Shown here: in pieces, positions 47,086 through 58,256 of the stretch
Layout: each line of letters starts with the position of its first letter
Position numbering within the stretch: the stretch's first letter is position 1
The notes under the pieces: model-generated
Told to the model about the DNA's origin: nothing
Databases searched by the model: none
What the model saw: only the letters and a program-made list of their open reading frames with translations
Position numbers and translations under genes: made by a program
NCBI GenBank assembly: GCA_965224195.1
Contig: OZ245040.1
Coordinates: 544,001-608,000, forward strand
Length of the DNA stretch: 64,000 bases
Direction: 5' to 3'
Source of the DNA: Nitrosopumilus sp.
Lineage (GTDB): Archaea > Thermoproteota > Nitrososphaeria > Nitrososphaerales > Nitrosopumilaceae

Positions 47086-50000
47086 TTACTCAGTTTTTTT
47101 GTTTTTCTTGCTTACTTGCATGTATAAGTCAACAGTACCACTGCCGATTGGAATGTTACTTCCAACAATTACGTTTTCTGTAATACCTTTGAGTTGTTCA
47201 ATTTCACCACCAAGTGCAGCACGGGCAATTGTTGGAACTGTAATTTCAAATGCAGCTCTTGCAAGAACACTATCTTTAGTACCTGCAATTCCATGTCTAC
47301 CAATTTGTTGCATGTAACCTCTAGAGCACATCAAATCAGATACCAACATAATGTATCTATTATCAACTTCCAATCCCTGATCACCCAAAGTATGATTAAG
47401 TTCATTAATCAATGAATTTCTTGCAGCCTCTATTCCCAAAGTTCCTGCAATTTCAAAGACATTATTTGTTCTAACATTCTTTTTGTCAATGCCTTTTACT
47501 TCAAGTACTTTGGCAATGTTAGAACCAGTTGTTTGAATGACCCACTCTTCATCTTTTTGAACTAGTGTAACTCGTTCAACATCTGGAACTCCTTTAACAG
47601 TGGTATTGAGAACTTTATTTCTAATTGCGATTGCAGTTGCTGTATCAGCTTCATCTACCAAATTCAAAGTGATTAATTCGCCTATAATTTCCATTTTGAA
47701 TTTTTTATTAGATGAAAGTGCTGCTTCTACTTCTGCGATAGAACAACCTCTTTCATTTAGTCTGTTAGTACTCATAATTAATTTGATATTTGTAGAATAG
47801 TCTGTTTCAGTATCAGCAACCAATGCACTTACCTTAGTTTGTAATACATTTCGTGCAACTTCAATTGCTTTTTCTCGGGATTTCTTTGATTCCTCATCAA
47901 GATAAATATCCATAGTTGGAGTTACAGGTTTCTTTCTAGCATCAACTAATTCAATTAATCTTGGAAGACCCAAGGTAACGTTTCTTTCTTTAATTCCTGC
48001 AAAGTGGAAGGTTCTCAAAGTCATCTGAGTACCAGGTTCACCAATAGATTGTGCCGTGACAATTCCTACTGCTTGACCAGGTTCGACCTGTGCTTTGTTA
48101 TATAATGAAAGTCCTTTCTTACATACTGCTTCAACACCACCTTTACTCAAGTTGGATTTCTGTAAAGCGTCAGTTACAAGTTGAGTTAATCTTGGATTGA
48201 ATGTTTTTGTATATTTTTTGGCTAACGTATCAATCTCGTCTTTGGTTGCTTTCTTTCCAGAATCAATAATGGTTTGAGATTCTGCCAATCTACTTGCATT
48301 GAATGCTTCACCATGATCACTTTTTTGCACATCGATTCCATCTTCACCATAAAGGAATTGAACAATGTGTCCGTGTGGATCTCTCACAGTTCCATCATAT
48401 TCTAATCTAATGTGTTCTAAAGCGTTAATCAATCTACGCTGCATGTAACCACTTTGTTGAGTTCTAACTGCAGTGTCTACAAGTCCTTCACGTCCACCCA
48501 TTGCGTGGAAGAAGAATTCTAAAGCTGTAAGACCTGTTCTGTAATTTGATTTTACAAATCCATGAGCATCAGGATTACTATCATGTTCTTTGTAGTGTGT
48601 TAATGCACGATTACTATAACCATAACTCATTCTATTTCCTCTTCTTGATTGTTGGCCTAATGCTCCTGCCATCTGACCTACATTAAGTGCTGAACCTCTG
48701 GCACCAGTTGTAGCCATGATTTTTCCAGCATTACCATCATCTAGAGAATCATTGGCAGTAGCACCTGCTTTCTCTCTTGCTTTACCTAATTCATTGACAA
48801 TGTATGCTTCTAAGGCTTCTTCTGCTTTCATACCTCTTGTTAGTTTTAGAGTTCCTTTTTCATATTGATTAGTTAAATCAGATACGGTATCATATGTTAC
48901 CTGAATATCATCTAGAATTTGTTGTACGTTCTTTTCTGGTACTTCAAGATCACCATAACCATAACTGAATCCATAATGAGTGATGAATTGTTTTACCATA
49001 ATTAGAACAGAGTTTAAGAAAGTCTTACCAGCTGCATTTCCATAGTCTTTTGTAATTCTGTGTAAAATACTTTCAGGTTCCTCAGCACCAATTGATGTTT
49101 TGTCAATGACACCACTGATTAATTCACCGTTTTTAATTACAACATCTTTTTCTGGACCTTTTGTTCCCTTTGACCATTTTGAAGTAAGTACATAGTTGAA
49201 GTCGTTTGGAAGAAATAATGAAAATAGTTGTTTACCAGTATATACAGGACCATCTTTTGTTTTTGTTCCAGGTTTTGGAAGTGCATCAGTATAACCACCT
49301 AACATTGCATAGTTTGAAAATTCTTGAACAGATAGAGTAGTGTCATCTTTAGTTAGAAGATATGCACCAGTTACAAAGTCTCTTAGGGCTCCAATAATTG
49401 GACCACCATATCTCGGAGAAATTAATTGATCTTGAACTCTCATCAAAAGAATTGCTTCTGCTCTGGCTTCCTCACTTTGAGGAACGTGAAGGTTCATCTC
49501 ATCACCATCAAAGTCTGCGTTGTATGGTGGACAAACAGATGGATGTAATCTGAAAGTTTTACCTGGAAGTACTCTAACATAGTGAGCCATGATAGACATT
49601 TGGTGCAGTGATGGCTGTCTGTTGAACATGACAATGTCACCATCTGCAAGATGTCTTTCAATCAAATATCCAACCTCAAGAGTTTCAGCAATAGTAGAGC
49701 GGTCTTCTACGAAATCTAATCTAATCTTTACGCCGTCTGGTCTTACGATATAGTTTACACCAGGATGTTTTTCAGGTCCATTAATTACTAATTTTCTCAT
49801 TCTATCAATATTCCATTCAGTAACAATTTCGGGAATAGTTAGTTTCATTGCAACTTGTTCAGGAGCTCCAACTTCAGACAAATCCAAGTTAGGATCAGGT
49901 GAAATTACAGTTCTACTAGAAAAGTCAACTCTCTTTCCAGATAATGAGCCTCTAAATCTTCCTTCTTTCCCTTTTAATCTTTGAGTTAAAGTTTTGAGTG

Positions 50001-50889
50001 GACGTCCAGAACGATGATGAGCTTGTGGAATTCCAGAAACCTCGTTGTCAAAGTATGTTGTAGAATGATATTGTAGCAAGTCAACTAAATCTTGAACAAT
50101 TAACGGAGGAGTTCCTGCCTCTTTACTTTCCTTTAGTCTTTGATTAACTCTAATGATATCTACCATTTTGTGGGTTAAATCATCTTCAGATCTAATTCCA
50201 GTTTCAAGAATAATTGAAGGTCGAACAGTTACTGGTGGGACAGGTAATGCTTGTAGAATAAACCATTCTGGTCTTGCAGTAATTGGATCATAAGATAATA
50301 ATTCTAAATCTTCATCAAGAATTTGTGTAAATCTTTCTCTAATTGTAATTGGTAATAATCTATGTTCACCGATTTCAGTTTTCTCTACAAAGATTGTTGG
50401 TTTTGTAAAGACTAGCTCGTATTGTGTTTTTCCACAGTGAGGACATTCTTTTGCTTTTTTTGCTTTTTCTATAATTTGTTCAGGAATTCGTTTTTGTGAA
50501 ACTACAGTGTAAGCTGCATGTTTGTCTTTAATTTTTTGGAATTCATTTAGATCATCTTGAGGGACTTTGAGTCTTGCACAAGAACGACATGTTGATTGTA
50601 ATAATTTGTAGATGTTATCGATAAAGGCAATGTGTAAAATTGGTTCTGCAAGTTCAATATGTCCAAAGTGCCCAGGACATCTTGCAGCTGTATTTCCACA
50701 TGTAAGACATTTTTGTCCAGGCTCAAGTGTTCCCAATCGTCCATCCATAAGACCTCCTTGAACAGGCATTCCATCTTCATCGTATGTTTCAGGTGCAGTG
50801 ATTTCAGCTACAGAATATTTTCTAATTTCAGTTGGAGACCATACTGAAAATCTAATTCCATCAATTGCTTTAATTGCTTGAACAGACAT
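47086..50889 (-). CDS. rpo1: DNA-directed RNA polymerase subunit Rpo1 (fused A' and A'')
   Basis: NADFDGD active site; A'' motifs (GEPGTQMTL) in the same 1267-aa ORF. Confidence 0.98.
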   Translation of the reverse strand: MSVQAIKAIDGIRFSVWSPTEIRKYSVAEITAPETYDEDGMPVQGGLMDGRLGTLEPGQKCLTCGNTAARCPGHFGHIELAEPILHIAFIDNIYKLLQSTCRSCARLKVPQDDLNEFQKIKDKHAAYTVVSQKRIPEQIIEKAKKAKECPHCGKTQYELVFTKPTIFVEKTEIGEHRLLPITIRERFTQILDEDLELLSYDPITARPEWFILQALPVPPVTVRPSIILETGIRSEDDLTHKMVDIIRVNQRLKESKEAGTPPLIVQDLVDLLQYHSTTYFDNEVSGIPQAHHRSGRPLKTLTQRLKGKEGRFRGSLSGKRVDFSSRTVISPDPNLDLSEVGAPEQVAMKLTIPEIVTEWNIDRMRKLVINGPEKHPGVNYIVRPDGVKIRLDFVEDRSTIAETLEVGYLIERHLADGDIVMFNRQPSLHQMSIMAHYVRVLPGKTFRLHPSVCPPYNADFDGDEMNLHVPQSEEARAEAILLMRVQDQLISPRYGGPIIGALRDFVTGAYLLTKDDTTLSVQEFSNYAMLGGYTDALPKPGTKTKDGPVYTGKQLFSLFLPNDFNYVLTSKWSKGTKGPEKDVVIKNGELISGVIDKTSIGAEEPESILHRITKDYGNAAGKTFLNSVLIMVKQFITHYGFSYGYGDLEVPEKNVQQILDDIQVTYDTVSDLTNQYEKGTLKLTRGMKAEEALEAYIVNELGKAREKAGATANDSLDDGNAGKIMATTGARGSALNVGQMAGALGQQSRRGNRMSYGYSNRALTHYKEHDSNPDAHGFVKSNYRTGLTALEFFFHAMGGREGLVDTAVRTQQSGYMQRRLINALEHIRLEYDGTVRDPHGHIVQFLYGEDGIDVQKSDHGEAFNASRLAESQTIIDSGKKATKDEIDTLAKKYTKTFNPRLTQLVTDALQKSNLSKGGVEAVCKKGLSLYNKAQVEPGQAVGIVTAQSIGEPGTQMTLRTFHFAGIKERNVTLGLPRLIELVDARKKPVTPTMDIYLDEESKKSREKAIEVARNVLQTKVSALVADTETDYSTNIKLIMSTNRLNERGCSIAEVEAALSSNKKFKMEIIGELITLNLVDEADTATAIAIRNKVLNTTVKGVPDVERVTLVQKDEEWVIQTTGSNIAKVLEVKGIDKKNVRTNNVFEIAGTLGIEAARNSLINELNHTLGDQGLEVDNRYIMLVSDLMCSRGYMQQIGRHGIAGTKDSVLARAAFEITVPTIARAALGGEIEQLKGITENVIVGSNIPIGSGTVDLYMQVSKKNKKTE

Positions 50890-50890
50890 T

Positions 50891-53800
50891 CTAGATTTTC
50901 TCCTTGATTAACAATCGTGGTGCAACGTTAAGACTTTGCATTTCTTGTAATAACAGCTTGAATGCATAAGCTACAGATACAGAAGATACTTTGGCTTTAT
51001 CGCCACAAACTCTACAAACATATTTTCTTTGTTTAACATCATGATATGCAACTAGTCCACATCTCTCACATACAAAAATATCAGCTTTATCAGACTCGTC
51101 TAATAATCTATCTTTAAGAATCATTGAAGCACCGTAAGCAATTAAACAATCTCTTTCCATTTCACCAAATCTTAATCCACCACCTCTTGCTCTTCCTTCA
51201 GTTGGCTGTTTAGTTAACATCTGAACTTGCCCACGAGCTCTTGCATGGATTTTATCTGCAACCATGTGGTGTAGCTTTTGATAGTATACAACTCCAATGA
51301 AAACATCTACTGGAAATGGTTTTCCAGTTCTTCCATCATACATTATTTCTTTACCAGAATATTCAAAACCATGTGCATCCATTACTTCTTTGACTTCAGA
51401 CATTTTCTCTCCAACAAATGCAGAACCATCAAATTTTTTTCCACGTAATGCTGCTGCTTTACCACAAATAGATTCCATCATCATTCCAACTGTCATTCTT
51501 GAAGGGAATGCATGTGGATTAATCAAAACATCAGGAGACATTCCACTTGCAGTATATGGTAAATCTTCTGCTTTAGCTAAAATTCCAAGTACACCTTTTT
51601 GTCCATGTCTTGATGCAAATTTATCACCAATTTCAGGAATTCTCATATCTCTTGCTCTAATTTTATACATTTTTCCTCCTTCATTTGATTGAGTCATAAC
51701 TACAGTGTCAATTACTCCAGTTTCAGAAGGTCTTACGCCAATTGAAGTATCTCGTCTGTATGGACCGGATGATTCGAATTCTCTATACTCTTCCATAAAT
51801 CTCGGAGGACTAGTTTTTCCAATTAAAATGTCTCCACCTTTAACTGGAGATTCTGATGCAACTACACCATCGTCTTCAAGTAATCTGTATGCACGTTCTC
51901 CTTTGTAACCTCTAATGTTATCTTCAGCATTTGGAATTTCAAAGCTATCACGCATTCCACCAGGATATTGTTTTGCTTCAGCATCATAAATTCTAAAGAA
52001 GAATGTTCTACCTAGACCTCGATCAACAGATGATTGACTCAATACAATAGCATCTTCAATGTTGTAACCATCAAATGGTAATACTGCAACAACACAATTC
52101 TGACCAGCAGGTCTATCTTCCAATCCTAAAAGTTTCATTGCTTTTGTATTAACAATTGGAACTTGAGGATATAACATAAAGTGTTGTCTAACATAAGTAC
52201 TAGTATTCATCATAGGAGTAGAAAATCCTAAACTTTGTTTTGCCATTGCAGATTCGTATGTGTTTCTTGGAGATTGGTTATGTTCAGGATATGGAATAAT
52301 TGAAGCTCCTGCACCTAGAATGGATGGTGGGAAAACTTCTAAGTGAGTGTGTTTCTTGGCATCTTTTTCATCTAGTGTAACATAACAATTTTCTTCTTCG
52401 TTTGCATCAATCATTTCCAAGATACCCATTCGCAAAAGATCAGTCCAAGAAAGTAATTTCTTTGAAATTTTATCTAATAATTCTGAAGTTAGCAATGGTT
52501 TGTTATCTTTGATAATAATTAATGGACGTAATACTCTACCAGCATTACAATTGACATATAGTCTTCTTGTTGATCCTTCAATGTCAGATTTATGAAAAGA
52601 TACTCCAACATGTGGATGAATCTTTGAATTTCTTCTTAAGTCTCTAAGGGATTGAGCTAGTTCTCCACCATCTTTGTAATAACCAATTAATCGACCATCT
52701 ACAAATATACGAGTTCCATCTTTTTTCAAATCTTCTTTTGCATCAAAGAAGTGAACAGTTCCAAGATCATAGAGTTTTTCTATAATTTCTTCATTTGGTA
52801 CATTTACCGAGATGATTCCAGATAAGGCTAAATTTTTCACCAAACCACAGTTTGAACCTTCAGGAGTTTCACTGGGACAAATTCTTCCAAAGTGAGTTGC
52901 ATGCAAATCTCTTGCTTCAAAGTTTGGTTGAGTTCTACTTAGTGGAGATTGAATTCTTCTAAGATGACTGATCGTTGAAAGATAATTGGTTCTATCAAGT
53001 AATTGTGTAACACCAACACGTCCTCGTCCCCAGTTTCCTGTTGCAATTGCATTGTTTAATTTATCAGTAATAATTCCCGGACGTATTGCTGCAGCGACTG
53101 CATTAATTCCACGTTTTTGACCAGAACGTTCAAGTTGATATTTCATGTCTCTAACTAAATTTCTAAATGCAGTTCTAAACAGATCTGCTAACATTTGTCC
53201 CGCAAATTTGATTACTTTATTTCCATAATGATCTTTATCATCAGGAGTAATCCAATCGAGTTTTAATTCTAATAATTTACAAGATGCTTCACCTAAGAAC
53301 TGGGCTTTTTCTTTTCTGTTTTCTGGATGTTTACCCAAGTGAGGTAAGAGTCCCCAATCAAGTAATGTTTCAGCACGTTTAATCTGGAATTCCTCTAACA
53401 TTCCAGGTGCAATTCTTTTACTTATGTAAACAATAGCGTCTTTGGATGTTGGAACATCCCCTGCTTTTTCAAAAGAGCCTTCTAATTCATCTTGAATATC
53501 ATCAACTAGTGAAACTACAGATGCAATTTCTCTATCAGATTCTAATCCAAGTGCTCTCATTAATGTGACAACTGGAATATCAACTGGTGAACCAGGAATT
53601 CGGGCTACAATCAAACCATCGTTTTTCATGACAAGTTCTAATTTTGCACGATAACCAACAATTGAAGAATATACTTTGGCTTTGAAAACAATATTTCCAC
53701 CTACAGTTTCTTTATCAACAATTATTTTGTTATAAGAAAGATCTTCTAATCCAACAATCACACGTTCTGAACCGTTGATAATAAAATAACCGCCAGGATC

Positions 53801-54238
53801 CTGTGGATCTTCACCATGTTCAATTAATTTTTGAGAAGAGAAATTATGTAAGATACATGCATTGGATTTTGCCATCACGGGTACGTCTCCAATATGTACA
53901 AATCTAGATTCTAAAATTTTTCCATCTTCTACAACACTGGCCTCCATCATAACCGGTGCAGAATAAGAAACATTTCTCAATCTTGCTTCAGCTGGAGTAA
54001 TGTGTGTGATAGAACCATCAAGTTCCATCATTCTTGGTTGTTGAAGTTTAACTTTACCTAGTTGAATTTTGTAAGGGTATTCTGCATTTTCGATATCAAT
54101 TTGTCCAACTTCATTTATGATACTTTGAAGTCCTCTTTCAAGAAATTCATCAAATGAGTTTAGATGTTGACGTGCAATACCTTCTCGTTTTAAAATGTCT
54201 TGAATTACTGGCCATCTTTTAGTTGAAGGATCTGCCAT
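50891..54238 (-). CDS. rpo2: DNA-directed RNA polymerase subunit Rpo2 (B)
   Basis: GDKFASRHGQKG, GGLRFGEMERD, C-terminal Zn finger. Confidence 0.98.
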   Translation of the reverse strand: MADPSTKRWPVIQDILKREGIARQHLNSFDEFLERGLQSIINEVGQIDIENAEYPYKIQLGKVKLQQPRMMELDGSITHITPAEARLRNVSYSAPVMMEASVVEDGKILESRFVHIGDVPVMAKSNACILHNFSSQKLIEHGEDPQDPGGYFIINGSERVIVGLEDLSYNKIIVDKETVGGNIVFKAKVYSSIVGYRAKLELVMKNDGLIVARIPGSPVDIPVVTLMRALGLESDREIASVVSLVDDIQDELEGSFEKAGDVPTSKDAIVYISKRIAPGMLEEFQIKRAETLLDWGLLPHLGKHPENRKEKAQFLGEASCKLLELKLDWITPDDKDHYGNKVIKFAGQMLADLFRTAFRNLVRDMKYQLERSGQKRGINAVAAAIRPGIITDKLNNAIATGNWGRGRVGVTQLLDRTNYLSTISHLRRIQSPLSRTQPNFEARDLHATHFGRICPSETPEGSNCGLVKNLALSGIISVNVPNEEIIEKLYDLGTVHFFDAKEDLKKDGTRIFVDGRLIGYYKDGGELAQSLRDLRRNSKIHPHVGVSFHKSDIEGSTRRLYVNCNAGRVLRPLIIIKDNKPLLTSELLDKISKKLLSWTDLLRMGILEMIDANEEENCYVTLDEKDAKKHTHLEVFPPSILGAGASIIPYPEHNQSPRNTYESAMAKQSLGFSTPMMNTSTYVRQHFMLYPQVPIVNTKAMKLLGLEDRPAGQNCVVAVLPFDGYNIEDAIVLSQSSVDRGLGRTFFFRIYDAEAKQYPGGMRDSFEIPNAEDNIRGYKGERAYRLLEDDGVVASESPVKGGDILIGKTSPPRFMEEYREFESSGPYRRDTSIGVRPSETGVIDTVVMTQSNEGGKMYKIRARDMRIPEIGDKFASRHGQKGVLGILAKAEDLPYTASGMSPDVLINPHAFPSRMTVGMMMESICGKAAALRGKKFDGSAFVGEKMSEVKEVMDAHGFEYSGKEIMYDGRTGKPFPVDVFIGVVYYQKLHHMVADKIHARARGQVQMLTKQPTEGRARGGGLRFGEMERDCLIAYGASMILKDRLLDESDKADIFVCERCGLVAYHDVKQRKYVCRVCGDKAKVSSVSVAYAFKLLLQEMQSLNVAPRLLIKEKI

Positions 54239-54490
54239 TTAGATTTCCACCACATATCGATAATAGAGACTTTCACCAGCAGTTGGACTTTTTCTAGTGA
54301 TTTTTATCATATCACCTGGTTTTACACCAAGTCCCAAAATTGCAGGATCGTTTACAAAGATTAGTGGTAATTCAGTTGGTTTACAATTGTATTTTTTTAA
54401 AACTTCTTCGGCTTCTTGTTTTGTAATAATTTCATGTTTTGGGACATAGATATGATCAGGTACTAGTACTTGATTTTTCTTAGTTGCCAT
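54239..54490 (-). CDS. rpo5: DNA-directed RNA polymerase subunit Rpo5 (H)
   Basis: HIYVPKH, LPLI..DP, RKSPTAG..YYR. Confidence 0.97.
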   Translation of the reverse strand: MATKKNQVLVPDHIYVPKHEIITKQEAEEVLKKYNCKPTELPLIFVNDPAILGLGVKPGDMIKITRKSPTAGESLYYRYVVEI

Positions 54491-54664
54491 TTAGAATACC
54501 CCACATCGAACATAACATGTAACACTAATGAAAACACACAAACTGTCAAAAATTCACGCTCGGGTTAATATATATGTAATTTGAAATTGTGTGGAAAACA
54601 GTCTTTTTCTATTTAGTCAACAAATTTTTTCACAACCTTAAATAGTCCAGATCTGAGCGTAAAA

Positions 54665-55501
54665 ATGATGAAAGATCATCTATCGGTGTTTGCCTTAACT
54701 GCAATTTTGATTGTAAGTATTGGTATGGCACCAGCATTTGGACAAATACAAAGCTCAATTGTTGTTACTACAGACAAATCTTCCTATTCAGAAGGTGAGA
54801 CAATTCTAGTAACAGGTGAAGTAAGAGATCTGTATTCAGGAACTCCAGTTAGTATAATCATCAAGGCTCCTAATGGAAATATTGTAAGAATTGCACAAGA
54901 AACAGTAGGTGCAGACAAGAAATTCAGTATGGAACATACAGCCGGTGGAGGATTAATGAAAACAGAAGGAATCTATTCGGTTACAGTAACTTACGGAACT
55001 GTAAATCGAACAGCAGAAGCATCATTTGAATTTGGAGGTTCTACAGTTATTCCAACTGAAGATCCATCCACAGTAACTGATACTACATTTTCAGTTCAAG
55101 GTTCTAGTGATTTAGTAGGATATGAAATTACAGGTGGAAAACTATTAGGTGTTTCACCTGATGTGGAATCAAATTCACTCATCATATCTATTGATGCTAC
55201 AAGCGATGGTTCACTCACACTCACAATCCCTAGATCAGTATTAGATGCAACAATCAATGGTGGAGATGACGACTTTTTCGTCTTAATTGATGGAGAAGAA
55301 GGAGACTTTGATGAAACAACGTCATCAACGGACAGAACACTCACCATAGCATTCCCAGCAGGGGCTGAAGAGATTGAAATAGTTGGTACCTTTGTAGTCC
55401 CAGAATTTGGTACAATCGCAGTTATGATTCTATCAATTGCAATTATCTCAATAATTGCAGTTTCTGCAAAATCAAAACTTAGTATTATACCAAGATACTA
55501 A
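54665..55501 (+). CDS. PEFG-CTERM sorting domain surface protein
   Basis: signal peptide; VVPEFGTIA plus TM plus basic tail. Confidence 0.9.
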   Translation: MMKDHLSVFALTAILIVSIGMAPAFGQIQSSIVVTTDKSSYSEGETILVTGEVRDLYSGTPVSIIIKAPNGNIVRIAQETVGADKKFSMEHTAGGGLMKTEGIYSVTVTYGTVNRTAEASFEFGGSTVIPTEDPSTVTDTTFSVQGSSDLVGYEITGGKLLGVSPDVESNSLIISIDATSDGSLTLTIPRSVLDATINGGDDDFFVLIDGEEGDFDETTSSTDRTLTIAFPAGAEEIEIVGTFVVPEFGTIAVMILSIAIISIIAVSAKSKLSIIPRY

Positions 55502-55545
55502 ATTTTATCTTTTTTCTCATTTTTAAATATACATAAATAGCAATA

Positions 55546-56424
55546 ATGCTGGGTGAAATTAGGATGAATTTTAAACGTTCTACAACATCAATGGCAATAG
55601 TCATCATGACATTGTCATTAGTTTTAGTGACTTCAATTCAACAAGATGCTTTTGCACAACAAAGTCAAGGAATGTCGATCATGGCAACAGCCGATAAAGG
55701 CTCAACCACAATCACCGTAACAGGTGAAACAGTTTCAGATCTTACAGATGTCACATTTAGGATAACATCTCCGAGTATGACTGTAGTAGAGATTGGTCAA
55801 CTTTCACCAGACGTTGATGGTAAGTTTGTAAAAGAATTCAAAGTCGGACCAACATGGACTGAGGATGGGCTTTACAAAATTACAGTAATGCAAGGTATAG
55901 GAAATAATTCATTATACACACTAAATGTTCTTGTTGAAGTAGTAAATGGTATGACTGAAAGAACTTCCGTAACAGAATCTAATATGGAAGGAGTTTTCAC
56001 AATACCTCAAAACAATGCTGCAACAGATGCAGGACTCATGCTCGATGCAATTGTTATCGAAAATGGTTCTACAATGTTTGAAGTCACAGGATTGACTGAT
56101 AGAGTAAGTCAAGATATCACAGTAACCGTAACAGCACCAAATGGAAATGTGGTAACAATTGATCAAATATCACCAATGCTTAGTGGAGAATTCGCTGCCG
56201 AAATTGCAGTAGGTGGATCATTATGGAAACAAGATGGTTTTTACACTGTAACTGTACAACAATTTGACGATCCAAAATACACTGATTCAACTGAAGTAGA
56301 CATATTGGACGGAGTTGTAGTACCAGAATTTGGTACAATCGCAGCTATGATTCTAGCAGTAGCAATTATCTCAATAATTGTAGTTTCTGCAAAATCAAAA
56401 CTCAGCATTATACCAAGATACTAA
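55546..56424 (+). CDS. PEFG-CTERM sorting domain surface protein
   Basis: VVPEFGTIA plus TM; two internal Ig-like repeats; start possibly 55564. Confidence 0.9.
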   Translation: MLGEIRMNFKRSTTSMAIVIMTLSLVLVTSIQQDAFAQQSQGMSIMATADKGSTTITVTGETVSDLTDVTFRITSPSMTVVEIGQLSPDVDGKFVKEFKVGPTWTEDGLYKITVMQGIGNNSLYTLNVLVEVVNGMTERTSVTESNMEGVFTIPQNNAATDAGLMLDAIVIENGSTMFEVTGLTDRVSQDITVTVTAPNGNVVTIDQISPMLSGEFAAEIAVGGSLWKQDGFYTVTVQQFDDPKYTDSTEVDILDGVVVPEFGTIAAMILAVAIISIIVVSAKSKLSIIPRY

Positions 56425-57397
56425 AAGTCACACAACTTTTTTCTCATTTTTAAATATACATAAATAGAGACGGATGCAAATCGCAACAAGATGAACAACC
56501 GTACGACGTTCGCGTTACTAGCCTTAATGACTGCAGTCGGTACTTTAACTATGTCATCAGCATATGCAGCAGATATTCCTGAAGCATGTGTAGGATGTTC
56601 CATGGAGGACGCAAGAGAAACCGCAAAACAAAGTTTACTTGATGCAATCCCAGTATCTGTTTGGACAGACAAAACAGATTATGGTCATAATGACATAATT
56701 ATGGTAACAGGCCAAGTAGCAAACACATCTGGATTTCCAGTTACAATTACTGTGATTAGTCCTCTAAATTCCATTGTTACAATTGATCAACTCGTTGTAG
56801 CAGCAGATGGAACTTTTGAGACAACACTAAACACAGCAGGTGCAATGTGGAAATACGACGGTACCTACACCATTAAAGCAAACTATGGTAGTGTTGAAAA
56901 AAGCAACAATGCCAAAGTTGAACTAACTGGTGGAGTTGCATATACACCAATTTACACAACACCAACACATGACAAACAATGTAGTTCTGATGAACTATCT
57001 GCAAGTGGTCAATGCGTACCATTTAGCATTTCAGGTGGAATGGTAACTAGTGCAACCCTCAATACTAATGATAATTCAATTGTCATTAGCATCAATGCCG
57101 AAGATGACGGAACATTAACAATATCACCATCAGCAACAGTCCAAGAAGGTATCTTCATGGTACTAGTTGACGGAGAAGAATGTAATGAACCTGAATGTGA
57201 AATTACTGGAAACAAAGTAACAGTAATGTTCTCAGCTGGCACTGAAACAATTGAAATAATCGGTACCCATGTGATTCCAGAATTTGGTACAATCGCAGCT
57301 ATGATTCTAGCAGTAGCAATTATCTCAATAATTGTAGTTTCTGCAAAATCAAAACTCAGCATTATACCAAGATACTAAAAGTCACACAACTTTTTTC
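56323..57397 (+). repeat. 121-bp identical direct repeat (56323-56443 and 57277-57397)
   Basis: covers PEFG tail, stop codon and T-rich terminator; diverged third copy at about 55400-55501. Confidence 0.9.
56491..57378 (+). CDS. PEFG-CTERM sorting domain surface protein
   Basis: signal peptide; VIPEFGTIA plus TM. Confidence 0.9.
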   Translation: MNNRTTFALLALMTAVGTLTMSSAYAADIPEACVGCSMEDARETAKQSLLDAIPVSVWTDKTDYGHNDIIMVTGQVANTSGFPVTITVISPLNSIVTIDQLVVAADGTFETTLNTAGAMWKYDGTYTIKANYGSVEKSNNAKVELTGGVAYTPIYTTPTHDKQCSSDELSASGQCVPFSISGGMVTSATLNTNDNSIVISINAEDDGTLTISPSATVQEGIFMVLVDGEECNEPECEITGNKVTVMFSAGTETIEIIGTHVIPEFGTIAAMILAVAIISIIVVSAKSKLSIIPRY

Positions 57398-57443
57398 ATT
57401 TTTTAATAGTAAAGGAAATATACAAACAAGTATTGAAAAGTTT

Positions 57444-58256
57444 GTGGGTTTGAGAATATTTTATGGCCTCATATTATTACTGATGATTTCCACTGGAACA
57501 GTTTTTGCTCAAGAATCCCCAGTTTCTGTTCAAACAGATGACAATCATTATGATGAAGGAGATACCATCGTAATTTCAGGAAAAGTAAATACGCCAATAG
57601 ATGGTGTAAATGTTGTATTACAATTATTTTCAGAAGGTAACATGGTAGAAATTGCACAGATTACGGTTGCAAAAGATGGAAGTTATTCACATACAGTACT
57701 TGCTGAAGGTCCTCTATGGAAAAAAACAGGTACATATCTAGTAAAAGCCTCATATGAAGTTGGAGGAGGAACTTCGGTGGAATCAGAATTTTCCTATTCT
57801 CCAAAATCAGAAGTAATTACAACAACAACGAATTTTGAAGTAGATGCAGGAAATCATGGAACGTTTGATGTAGAATACACTATCAAGGGGGGCACACTCA
57901 AAAATATGATAATAGACGCGGAAATATTTGCATTAATAGTTCAAATAGATGCTACTGACGAAGGAGTGATCACATTAGATATACCAAGGGAATTCATAGG
58001 AGCTGAAAAACAAGATGGAAAAGATGACACATTCATAATACTAATAGATGGAATTGAAGTAAGTCCAGAAGAGACGTCAATAGTAGGCGGAGATTCCAGA
58101 GTAATATCAATTGGGTTTGAACAAGGAGATTCAGATATAGAGATAATTGGAACTTATGTAGTTCCAGAATTTGGAAGTATTGTTATGGCAATATTGATAA
58201 TAGGAATAATGACCACTATACTAATTTCAAGAAACAAATTAGGAATTAAAATTTAA
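57444..58256 (+). CDS. PEFG-CTERM sorting domain surface protein
   Basis: signal peptide; VVPEFGSIV plus TM. Confidence 0.9.
   Translation: MGLRIFYGLILLLMISTGTVFAQESPVSVQTDDNHYDEGDTIVISGKVNTPIDGVNVVLQLFSEGNMVEIAQITVAKDGSYSHTVLAEGPLWKKTGTYLVKASYEVGGGTSVESEFSYSPKSEVITTTTNFEVDAGNHGTFDVEYTIKGGTLKNMIIDAEIFALIVQIDATDEGVITLDIPREFIGAEKQDGKDDTFIILIDGIEVSPEETSIVGGDSRVISIGFEQGDSDIEIIGTYVVPEFGSIVMAILIIGIMTTILISRNKLGIKI

Noticed and set aside
47086-50889. Fused Rpo1 as a novelty
   Set aside because: Unsplit Rpo1 is the known state in Nitrososphaerota.
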